This document shows, in pieces, positions 26,153 through 37,750 of a stretch of DNA of 64,000 nucleotides. The DNA comes from Octopus sinensis. Taxonomy: Eukaryota. How positions within the stretch are numbered: the first letter of the stretch is position 1; the number at the start of each line of letters is the position of its first letter. The position numbers were made by a program, and so were the translations under genes. Where the stretch lies: assembly GCF_006345805.1 (NCBI RefSeq), contig NC_043018.1:24738001-24802000 (forward strand), given 5' to 3'. The notes under the pieces are model-generated. The model saw only the letters and a program-made list of their open reading frames with translations, did no database searches and had not been told where the DNA came from.

Positions 26153-27326
26153 GGTGACTGAAGCAGCTTCAACTCAGTCATTTGATCTGCTAGAAATAGC
26201 AGCTAAATATCTTTCCACTCAAACACAACTGTCTTATATTAAAGGATACGTTGTATAGTGTAGTCCATGATATCGAAAGCCATTGTAGGAGGCTCAATGA
26301 AACACACAGACACACATCCTGGAATAACAAGATATAGTTTTCAATGAGATACAATTTCCCTCATATAATGTATGAGATTCATCTAGAAGACATTTGTTTG
26401 AAAACTATATTCAGGCGTAGATATAGTTCTTTATTGGTTTCATATTTTGGCACAAGGCCAGAAAATTCGGATGGGGGGAGGGGAGGTAGTAAGTCGATTA
26501 CATCAATCCCAGTACGCAACTGGTATTTAATTTATTGACCCCGAAAGGATGAAAGGCAAAGTCGACCTCAGTGGAATTTGAACTCAGAATGTAGCAAAGG
26601 GCAAAATTCCACTCAACATCTTGTCCAGCGTGCTGATGATTCTGCCAGCCAGCAGCCTTTAGTTGTTTATATATATCAATGTATAGTGGAGGTGGGGTGG
26701 GGAGAGAAGTAGTTTCAAGTTTTGACACAAGGCCAGCAAATTCAAGGGGTGATGGTAAAGTCAATAACGTCAACCCTGGTACTTTAACGGTCCTTTATTT
26801 TATCAATACTGAAAGGACGAAGGCAAAGTTGACCTTGCTGGCATTTCGACTCAGAGTGGAACAAACTGAAAGAAATGCTACTAAGCATTTTGTCTGGAGT
26901 ACTAACGAGTCTGCTAGTTTGCCGCTTCATAATAATTATAATTCTTTCTACTAAAGGCACAAGGCCTGAAATTTTGGAAGGTGACGCTCGTTGATTACAT
27001 AGTGCCCAGTGTTTAACTGGTACTTATTTTATTGACCCCCAAGAGGGATGAAAGGCAAGGCTGACCTTGGCTGGATTTGAACTTGGAACATAAACCCGCA
27101 AGAAATACCACTAAGCAGTTTGTTAGACTTGTTAATGATTCTACCATCTCACTGCTTTAATTATCATAATTAATAATTGTTATGTTAGTAATGTTAAATG
27201 AAAATGCTATTGAAAATAATATCCATATAAATTGTTTCAAAACTTGAGTGTGTGAATGTTTGGACAGGTGTATGTGCATGCATCTGTGTGTGTGTGTGTG
27301 TGTGTGTCCTTGTTTTTTTCTGTGTA

Positions 27327-27364
27327 TCTTTCTGTCGAAGAGCGTAGGCTCGAAACATAAAAGA
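27327..27364 (+). ncRNA. Degenerate minimal type-I hammerhead motif (Penelope-like)
   Basis: TCTTT-CTGTCGA-A-GAGC[GTAG]GCTC-GAAAC-ATA-AAAGA. Stems I and II are perfect; two core substitutions. Confidence 0.5.
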
Positions 27365-29159
27365 CTTGTTCTATTTCTATTCCTGAGCGCCATACAAATA
27401 CATTTGTTTGTTTGTACTCCATCTGCCTTCGTCTTTTGTTAATTTTCGTAAACCTTCCCGTTATATATATGAAATCCTGGGGAAGTTTAAAATTTCAATT
27501 TGTGAAGTTTGCATTATTTCAGTTCTAGATTTGATAAAATTCATCAGTAATGTTTTTTTTAGCAGCAAGATAAAACTATTTTATCATCAGCAATTATAAT
27601 TTGTTTTTATATCAATTAATTATTCAAAGAACTTAATAATCACTTTGTATTTATTTCATAAGCTCGTATAAAAGACTCCCACTTATTCAACTAAAACCCA
27701 TTTTATATTTGACTAACAAGCCTGGAATATGGGATTCAGAATATAACTAGAAAAAAACTGCTGCATAACAATGAGTAAATACAAAATGATTGTGGCCAGA
27801 ATGACCGCAGGTATTTGAAGATTATATTTTCGAGATTAAATTCCTTTACTTATACTTCCTACAGATTAATTTAGCTGTATACAGATCTAAAGTTGTAGAA
27901 ATTTAAACAAAGCTTTGACAATAGCCATAAACTATGTATATATAACTCTGTTACATGCATACACACACACATATATATATCTTAGGTCCTGGTGGGGTAT
28001 TTCCAGGGAAGCACTCACCCTGAGTTCTGAGCTGTCAACACTGTCAGATTCCTGACTGATAGCGAAATTCTTCAAGTGTAGAAAATCCTAGTTTCATGAT
28101 GGTGAAACTGTTTTGTTGGTGCAGTGAAGAGTAAGCTATAAATCCAAATGAAGAGATTAAAGAAATCCTTTAACACATCTTTAATGATGCATTACAATTG
28201 TTTCTGTGCCAACTCTGCTTGCAACATCAGTTTACACAATATTCAAAGTGAAAATTTACATAGACTGGTGTTGAAAGCAGAGTTGGTACAGAAGCAATTG
28301 TAATGAATCATTAAAGATGTGTTAAAGCATTTCTTCATCCTATTATTTGGATCTCTCTCACACACACATACGCACACACACACATCTATAAAGAGTACAG
28401 TTTACTTTCATGGGGAGCAGAAAATCTAACGTTTTAGAGAGTCCTTCTCCAAGGGAAATTTAACAGGAGATAAATTCAGAGGAGACAGTTGGGTTTTACA
28501 TTTTCTAAAATAAAGAAGGGGAAAAAATGGCAGCAACTCATAATCAGAGAATTTAAAATGCCATCATCTCTCGTGATTTTCTCTCTTTTCAACCTTTCCC
28601 TTTTTTCCGCTGGGGTGAGTTCACTGAATTCCTTTTGTCAATTAATACAAAATGTGACAAACTTTGTTCACGCAGACCCACACCACTCCCTTTGGAGATC
28701 TGTTTGATAATCTATATGTACACATGCACACATAAACACACCACTCATATGTATGTGTTTGTGTGTGTATATACACATATGCACACACACATAAACACAC
28801 CATACATATGTGTTTGTGTGTGTATATATACACATATATATACATACATAAACACACAAACACACAGACATATATTTTTGTATATAAGACTATTTTGGGA
28901 GTACCATACCGTTAACTGCTTAGAAGCAAGCTATGTATATAATATTTTCAAACCCGAGGGATTATTCGGTTGTATTGGGTATATAAGAGTATAGATTAAA
29001 CAGTTGTACAAAATATACACGAGTATAGAGGGTATACAGAAGTACAGAGAATATAGAAGTATAAAGTATATATAAGAAAAGAAAAAAAATAGAAAGAAAG
29101 AAAGGAAGGAAGTGGTTGTATCTTCCACTTAATTGCTAATTAATAACATTCGATGTTGA

Positions 29160-29432
29160 TTATTGGTCAGCATAATTTTCTTCGTCTTCTTCTTTGATGT
29201 CTCTGCTTTTTTCCTCTTCTTCATCGAATTCCAGGATTTGAGTGATTTCCTTTGGTGTGTCGGCATAAAGGTGTGGTACCAGGCTATCTGTACGCTGCAG
29301 TGTTTTTCTCTTGGGAATGGCAGCATCGGTGGAAATTCCTGATAAGTTCTCACTGAAAGAGCGCGAACGACTGGCCATCAGATCGCTGCCGACCACTTGT
29401 TTCTCGTGTGACACAGTTGATTCATGTGCCAT
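29160..29432 (-). CDS. NT5C2: NT5C2 terminal exon MAHESTVSHE...EFDEEEEKSRDIKEEDEENYADQ*
   Basis: MAHESTV matches human MPHESTV; acidic C-terminal tail as in cN-II. Acceptor ccatccag, TAA stop. The 11 exons sum to 1171 nt = 1 + 390 codons. Confidence 0.93.
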   Translation of the reverse strand: MAHESTVSHEKQVVGSDLMASRSRSFSENLSGISTDAAIPKRKTLQRTDSLVPHLYADTPKEITQILEFDEEEEKSRDIKEEDEENYADQ

Positions 29433-30610
29433 CTGGATGGAGAGAAAAACGAATAAACTTCAGTTGAAGCATTATTTTAATTGACTTCAAATTTTTTGGC
29501 TCAAGGCCAGCTATTTCGGAGAGGGGATAAGTCAATTACATGACCCCAGTGTTCAACTGGTACCTCTTTTATCAATCCCGAGAAGATGAAAGGCAAAGTT
29601 GACCGTGGCAGAATTTGAACTCAGAATGTAAAGACAGACAAAATTCCTCTAAGCATTTTGCCTGCCGTGCTAACGATTCTGCCAACTCATTGCCTTAAAG
29701 ATGTTAATAAGCCATTCAAAATACAAACTGATTTGTGTTAAATATGAAATAATTAATTAAGATCTTTAAAATCTTTATAATAGATTATAGGTGCAAGAGT
29801 GACTGTGTGGAAATAAGTTTGCTTCCCAACCACATGGTTCTGGGTTCAGTCCCACTGCACAGCACCTTGGGCAAGTGTCTTTTGCTACAGACTTGGGCTG
29901 ACCATTGTCAGCTTTAAATTAGAAGAAAGTACCAATGGCATGGGTTTGTGGTGGACCTCAATTTGCCAGGAAGTGACCCACACACTTGATTTCATGACCT
30001 TCCTCTGTGGCACTTACAAAATGAGACATGCAAGATCCAGTTAGGAAACTGCAACGGACTGCCACTAACCCAGTTATAGCTTTGAGTAGCGCCTTCTGTA
30101 GCATGTCCATCGTGTGTAGCCCTCTTCATCTGCTGGTTCAAGCATTGAAATCTGTTGTAATTGTCGTCATCTGCTTGTTCCACCAGTGGGGGTCTTTGCA
30201 CTGAACAAAGCCTTGCGAAAGGATTTGGTAGAAGGAAACTGAAAGAAGCCCATTGTGTGTTTGTCTGTGTCCTTGTCTTGACATCATGTGATAGTTGAAG
30301 AATGAGTGTCTCTGATTTACAAACAGTGTCATTCATTTCCAAGGGAAGATATTCAGGGCAGTGGGCTTACGAAACATGATTTCAAAGGCTGGAGGACACT
30401 GCTGTTGTGTGTAGCAATAGATGTGATGAAATTAGAGGAGAAATCAGTGGATACCACTGCTATTAATGGCAGTAGGCCAAATGCTGTAAGTGGTGTTATT
30501 TGACAGTATTAGTGGACACTGCAGTGGTCTTCACAGAAATTATAAACGTTAAAGGAAAAAAGAAATTTTAAATGAGAAGCGAAAGTTGTTAAGAAGAATC
30601 TGTATCTTAC

Positions 30611-30729
30611 CAACATTGGTGGTGCTCTAAATACATAGCTGAATGGGTAATAGAGCAAGTTGAGAATTGAGGCAGCATATAGATCGGCGTACCGCATAAC
30701 TTGGGCCCCAAAGAAGGTCTGTCGAGAAC
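30611..30729 (-). CDS. NT5C2: NT5C2 exon [39 protein letters not shown]
   Basis: Near-identical to human [35 protein letters not shown]. ccttag / gtaaga, 119 nt. Confidence 0.97.
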
Positions 30730-30929
30730 CTAAGGTGAAAATATATACACAGATGCATCACAGAAAGCCTTATTTTAAGTCAGGTATTTACTCTATCAGT
30801 TTTTTTTTGTCAAACTGCTAAGTTACAGGTGGCGAAGTGGGGTTGAAAACAAACACAGACATAAAGGCACACACACACGCACGTGCACACACACACACCA
30901 TAGAGTGTTATAGAAACAGTTGTACTCAC

Positions 30930-30987
30930 CACTTCTAAATAAACTTCCCAATACACCGTATTCCATGTCCATTTCATGTGTTACAGA
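30930..30987 (-). CDS. NT5C2: NT5C2 exon SVTHEMDMEYGVLGSLFRS(G)
   Basis: Matches human [20 protein letters not shown]. ttttccag / gtgagt, 58 nt. Confidence 0.95.
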
Positions 30988-31352
30988 CTGGAAAAGAAGA
31001 AAACTATATTATTCCTTTTATTCTTTTACTTGTTTCAGTCATTTGACTGCGGCCATGCTGGAGCACAGCCTTTAGTCGAACAAATCGACCCCAGGACTTA
31101 TTCTTTCTAATAGGACTTATTCTATCGGTCTCTTTTGCTGAACCGCTATGTGGGGATCACAAATACAGACACACAAACATATACATATACACGATGGGCG
31201 TCTTTCAGTTTCCGTCTAACAAATCCACTCACAAGGCTTTGGTTGGCCTGAGGCTATAGCAGAAGACACTTGCCCAGGGTGCCACGCAGTGAGACTGAAC
31301 CCAGAGCCATGTGGTTGGTAAGCAAGCTACTTACCACACAGCCACTCTTGCA

Positions 31353-31392
<40 letters not shown>

Positions 31393-31443
31393 ATGTGTTT
31401 GTTTTTATGTTCATTTGTAATAAAATCCTTTTGGCATTAAAAT

Positions 31444-31664
31444 CCCTTTAATATTCAGAATTACTCTGTCAAATGTAATGCTTATTTATTAACATTATTT
31501 TGAGTTAGTCACGAATTATCTGATAGCTTTGAGACTTTGATGATGTGATTGTTTAGTTTTAGAATGACATTGTTGAGTAGGTGCAAGAAGCAGGATGAGG
31601 CCAGTGTGAGCATAAAAAAAGTGGAATATTTGGGCCAGATACAGCCAGTTTAAATGCTAAAGGG
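31444..31664. mobile_element. TTAA-flanked piggyBac-type MITE
   Basis: Ends AATGCTAAAGGG|TTAA; internal match to the 23394-23614 family. Confidence 0.7.
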
Positions 31665-31860
31665 TTAATCTGACGGGTCATTCTGTACTTTTGTAGAGTA
31701 CAAATTTATTATTCTTAAACAAGAATGTTGTTGACGGTGACTTTGAAGTTTTGACCAGATAAGCTGGACAGTGGCTTAGCTGGCCAAAACTTCAAAGTCA
31801 CAATCAACAATGTTTATGTGTATGTATATATGTACATGTGTGTGTGTGTGTATATATATA

Positions 31861-32233
31861 TCTCTCTCTATATAAACGGCAGTTTGTCTGTGCGTGTTTC
31901 TGTGTGTCTGTTTGCTTGTACCCTCACTCTGACCACGGCTTTCAACCGATTCTGATGAAACTTGACACACACATAGCCCAATGTCATAATTCAAAACTAA
32001 CGCAGCGAAAATTTTGAAAAGTTCCCCCAGTTCTGAAAAAGATTGATAAATTCGACATGGGGTCGACAATCAGAAACATAAACCGCAGATGGTGTAGGGG
32101 ACGCAACTCGGCCTTTTTAACTCTCAAAAAAAATTTACCATCATTTTTTTGCTATTTTTTGGCTATAACTCTCTAAAAGTGCTTTATAGTTATTTCCCTT
32201 ACAAACCCGAGCAACGCCGGGCGATACTGCTAG
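31861..32233 (+). mobile_element. Non-autonomous Helitron, 373 bp, in an NT5C2 intron
   Basis: A|TC start; first ~250 bp nearly identical to the 5' end of the 2850-8972 element. 3' hairpin CCCGAGCAACGCCGGG then CTAG|T. Confidence 0.92.
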
Positions 32234-33203
32234 TATATATATATATACACACACATATATATATTACCAACGAATTGAACCAGCCAGGATCCCTGGTCTG
32301 GTGGTACGTAAAAAGCACTATCCGACTCGTGGCCGATGCCAGCACCGCCTCGACTGGCTTCCGTGCCGGTGGCACATAAAATACACCAATCTGACCGTGG
32401 CCGTTGCCAGCCCCGCCTGGCACCTGTGCAGGTGGCACGTAAAAAGCACCCACTACACTCACGGAGTGGTTGGCGTTAGGAAGGGCATCCAGCTGTAGAA
32501 ACATTGCCAGATTAGACTGGAGCCTGGTGCAGCCTTCTGGCTTCCCTGAACCCTGGTTGAACCGTCCAACCCATGCTAGCATGGAGAACGGACGTTAAAC
32601 GACGATGATGATGATACGTTTTTATTTTTTTCTGCAATTTACTTAATCATTGATATTTTATTGTTATTTTAATTTTAATATTTCTATTACATGTAATTTT
32701 CTAGATGGTGTAATTTAATTGTTCATTTTGAATTGATAAAAGGTGTTTTTTTTCTACTTTATATATATATCATCATCATCGTTTAACGTCCGTTCTCCAT
32801 GCTAGCATGGGTTGGACGGTTCGACCGGGGATCTGGGAAGCCAGAAGGCTGCACCAGGCTCCGGTCTTATCTGGCAACTTTTCTACAGCTGGATGCCCTT
32901 CCTAACGCCAACCACTCCGTGAGTGTAGTGGGTGCTTTTTACATGCCACCTGCACTGGTGCCAGGCGAGGCTGGCATCGGCCACGGTCGGATTGGTGCAT
33001 TTTATGGAAGCCAGTCGAGGCGGCACTGGCTTCGGCTACGATTCGGATGGTGCTTTTTACGTGCCACCGACACGGAAGCCAGTCGAGGTGGCGCTGGCAT
33101 CGGCCATATATATATATATTATATTGTGTGAAATTTGATTTAGTATTTCTAAATTGAATGTTTTGCCTTGTAAGTTTGGATTTATATTCCTCAAATATTA
33201 TTA

Positions 33204-33234
<31 letters not shown>

Positions 33235-33580
33235 GTAGGTGTGTGTGCGTACATGCATGTGAGCATTGTGATTGAAGTGTTAAGATTGTGTATACAGCAG
33301 TATATGTCATGTATATGTGTTTTGTACGATTCGGTGGTGCTTTTTACGTGAAGCCAGTCGAGGTGGCGCTGGCATGGTATATATATATATATATTATATT
33401 GTGTGGCACGGCCATATATATATATTATATTATGTGAAATTTGATAGTATTTCTATGAATGTATGTAGTGGATAATTATATATATATATATTATAGTAGT
33501 GTGTGTGTGCGTACATGCATGTGAGCATTTGTGTATGAAGTGTTAAGATTGTGTATACATGCAGTATATGTCAGTATATC

Positions 33581-33617
<37 letters not shown>

Positions 33618-33962
33618 GTATAGAGCATTATTACACATAAATGCACTAGGAGGGACAAAGTCATTACTACCAAAAATTATCGGATGAGTTTTCACGAGCT
33701 AGATAATTTCTGTAAGTAAGAGCTTAATGTTAACATATATATATAATATGTGAAGAGTGAAGGTGTGTGCTTCTGTAGGGTATGCGAGAGAGAAAGACAG
33801 AGAGGGGGGTGAGCGATAAACAGAGAGCATAATATAAGAGAAACAGCTACAGAGAGAGAGAGATCGAAGGAGAAAGAGAGAAAAATAAAGAGAAAGGGAG
33901 GAAGAAAGCAAGGCAAGGTAGGTGACAGAGAGAGACAGGGTTGTGGTTTAGCGTGAACCGAC

Positions 33963-34023
33963 CTTGATTTTGCTTTGGTATGCTGTGATGTCAGGGCATA
34001 CATGACTGCTGCTGTCGAGGTAC
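33963..34023 (-). CDS. NT5C2: NT5C2 exon YLDSSSHVCPDITAYQSKIK
   Basis: Matches human [20 protein letters not shown]. ttcacag / gtcggt, 61 nt. Confidence 0.92.
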
Positions 34024-34997
34024 CTGTGAAAGGAGCAAGGTGTGGAAAACAAGGTCGTTAGAACATGAAATTACAGTAGAGAAATTACAATGGATAGCGA
34101 TATGTTTATCGGTCTCACCCCCCCCCCCCCCCACAACACGGTCAACTGCAACGTCTGTCCGTCCACTACGACAAGCACATTATTCTCATCATGATTATCA
34201 CGAGACCCTCACCTGTATACAAACACATACACACCATCCAAAACATCGTTTCACACTGCTGGCTCTCTGTCGGTTATGATGACGAGGGTTCTAGTTGATC
34301 TGATCAACAGAAGAGCCTCCTCATCAGATTAACGTACAAGTGGCTGAGTACTCCACAGACATGTCTACCCTTGATGTAGTTCTCAAGGAGATTCAGCCAG
34401 ACATAGAATGTGACAAGCTGGCCCTGGACATGTTACAGGCACTCTCTTTTGTTAGTTGAGGGAACATTTCATATATCCACAGCTAAATATATATATACAC
34501 ACATATCTACAAATATACTCATGCTTATAGATACAAGCGTGCACACCACACACATACCATACCTATATCACCCACTTTAAACCTATACATCAGATATACT
34601 CACACATGCATACTGTGTAGATTTACACATTCAAAGATCACCAGCCTCTTATATTTACTTATATATATATATATACACACACATGCACACACACAGATAC
34701 ACATCTAAAAAGCACACACACACAATCTCTTATTTACAACCTACACAAACATACAGACCATCTGAAATCTTTATCTGTGTGTGCACCCTCCTCAAACACA
34801 CACACAAAAACACACATATACACCCATACACACACACACACATACACGCACAAAAGATACATACACAACAACACATACAAATGCATGCACACACATAAAC
34901 ACATATACATAAACACAAACTCACAAACACATATGTACACACAAACACACGTATGTACACACACACACACACACTCACAAACACATTACAAACTTAC

Positions 34998-35220
34998 TTG
35001 TACTCTTCGGCAATCTTGGCATCGTATTCATCAAGTTTATCGAAGAGGGAGCGTTTGTTGGTCCAAACCTTCAGTTCTTGCGTAATTTCTGGAACTATGA
35101 GAAAAGTCTTCCAACCACTCGTTTTCTTCGACTTGAGAATGTCTCCAAAGATGTGGTCACCGACATAGAGTACGTCTCGGTGCATGGCACCAATCAGATC
35201 TGTGAACACATTGCAGGATC
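34998..35220 (-). CDS. NT5C2: NT5C2 exon containing [13 protein letters not shown] (HAD motif) through EEY(K)
   Basis: [15 protein letters not shown]...[10 protein letters not shown] is near-identical to human. catgcag / gtaagt, 223 nt. Confidence 0.97.
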
Positions 35221-35269
35221 CTGCATGGTGGAGCACAAACAGAGATGTGGGATTAGAACAGATTAGATG

Positions 35270-35570
35270 GTGACAGCGGTGGATTAAGGGAAACTGGATT
35301 TGATTGGATGATGGTTAGAGAGAGAGGATTTCATTGGATGACAGTTAAAGAGAGACATTTTGATTTGGATGACAGCTGGAAAGAGATTTGATTGGATGAT
35401 GGTTAAAAAGAGAGGGTTTGATTGGATGATGGTTAGGGAGAGAGGATTTGATTGGATGACAGTTAGAGAGAGAGGATTTGATTGGATGACAGTTAGAGAG
35501 AGAGAGGATTTGATTGGATGATGGTTAGAGAGAGGATTTGATTGGTTGAAGGTAAGGAAGGACTGGATTG
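35270..35570. repeat. ~30-bp minisatellite GAGGATTTGATTGGATGATGGTTAGAGAGA, about 9 units
   Basis: Directly visible tandem units 50-350 nt from the 35220 splice acceptor. Confidence 0.85.
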
Positions 35571-35884
35571 GACAACACCACCATTACCATCGATGATAGT
35601 GCTGCTATCTCACCACCACTAGTAACATCCTGATCACTCACCCCACTGACTACAATACATCACCTCCTCCTCCTCATCATCATCGAGTACAACATGCCAT
35701 TATCAAATACCTACACCACCGTCAGCACCACCACCATCAACATCATTCCCACCACCATACCCCCAACATCACCAACACCAAAACTACCACCACAATTAAT
35801 AACATCAATACCACCACCACCACCAACAACAAAAACAACTACAAAAACAACAAAGATTACAACAAATAAATACAATTGACTTAC

Positions 35885-35951
35885 CCCCTGAGTAAACGTG
35901 TCCGCTTTGCATTGGTCCTGTGTGGGTCCCTATTTTCAGGGCTCCTGTTTT
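35885..35951 (-). CDS. NT5C2: NT5C2 exon KTGALKIGTHTGPMQSGHVYSG
   Basis: Matches human [22 protein letters not shown]. ccccag / gtaagt, 67 nt. Confidence 0.95.
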
Positions 35952-37559
35952 CTGGGGATAGAGAGAAAGACATATTTTAGATGTATATATCACATGATCA
36001 TGCTATCAACCAGGCTATCAGATGCTGTTACACATCGCTGGTCACAATGCACTTTTGCACTGTTTTAACCTTCAAACGATGCCAGCCTGCTGGCTAGGTG
36101 AGCAGGCCAATACTCCCCCCTGATCGAAAGGGAGTACTGGAGCAATGTGAAATGAAGTGTTTTGCTCAAGAACACAATAGAGCAACCGATCTGGGAATTG
36201 AACCCGCAATCTAGTGACCGTGAGACCAACAACCTAACCACCAAGCCATGCACACACACATACAGGCATAGAGGGTTCACTGAGTATTTATGAAGGCATA
36301 GATATCTAGTTAAGATCTGCTTCCAGTTACATAGTTTTGGGTTCCCACTGTGTGGCACCATGGTCAAGTACCTTCTATAGAACCTGGCTCTTCAATGATT
36401 TGTCAGTCAATTTAGTAGACAGAAACTATGTGGAAGCCTGTCATCCATCCATCCATATATTTATATATATACACACACACACACACACACATATGTGTGT
36501 GTATGTATAGTATATATGTGTGCCTATCTATAAGTGTGTGTTATGTGAGTATCTTTGTATTTCACCGCCACCACCACCACTTAACAACCAGTGTTTGTTA
36601 ATGTCCCGGTAACTTGGCAGTTCAGCAAGAGAGACCAATATAATAAGTACTACACTTAAAGAAAAAAATGTATGTCCTGGCACATGAAAAGTACCCTTTA
36701 AACTTTGGGCCTCACGAAGGCAGTGACAAGTGACCGATCACGAAATCGGTGACTGAGGCCTTTGGTAGTATATTGTGCCTGAGAAGACTTGTCAGGCCAA
36801 GTGAGATTATGCTGGTGGTTTGTAACTGGAACCCATGCTGGTAGCACGTAAAAAGCACCCACTACACTCACAGAGTGGTTGGTGTTAGGAAGGGCATCCA
36901 GCTGTAGAAACCTTGCCAAATCAGACTGGAACTTGGTGCAGCTCCCCAGCTTTTAGTTTTGATGTACCAAATCCACTTACGAGGTTTGGTCGACTCAGGC
37001 CTATAGTAGAAGACACTTGCCCAGGGTGCTGTGCATTGGGACTGAGCCAAAGACCACATGGTTGGGCTGCAAGCTTCTAACCCACACAACCACTCCTTCA
37101 TATCTGGTTCAAGATGTACAAGTGATGGTCATTGCTTGATCAGCTTTGATCGTAGGTTTGCTAACGAGGGGAATCCTATGTAGTTATTTGATCTGTTAAA
37201 AATAGCAGGCAAACCTCCCTCGAATCATATATTACTGCTTTAAAAAAAGAATATATTGGAGTCCTAGACACACTTCGTGTATGTGGAAATAAAAAAAATT
37301 TTAAATGATGGGATAGTCAGTGTTGGATTGCCTTTGATCATTGGTCTACTGTATTTTAGAAGAGACCTAGGGTTAAACAACAAAGAAAGAAATAAACAAT
37401 CAGTTCTTTACTATAGTTTGCTTTTAGCCATTGATGGCTGCCAGACCTTGAGAGAGAGAGAGAGAAAGAGAAAATGAGAGAGAGAGAGAGAGAAAGAGAA
37501 AGAAAAAAAGAAAGTGTGAGAGAGAGAAAGAAGGAAGTGAAGTATAGAAAACAATGTCA

Positions 37560-37688
<129 letters not shown>

Positions 37689-37750
37689 TCATATACACAC
37701 AAACTGTTGGAAAAGAAAAATTCCCTAACACTGGGCAACAACAAGAAACC

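Noticed and set aside
28020-28088. Minus-strand 69-nt open segment ending in a gtgagt donor (DFLHLKNFAISQESDSVDSSELR)
   Set aside because: It lies downstream of the NT5C2 stop with a poor acceptor and no homology recognised. It cannot be supported without RNA data.
32621-32770. AT-rich 130-bp block shared with 55215-55350
   Set aside because: Most simply two copies of a dispersed Penelope-associated repeat. No extra structure was seen.
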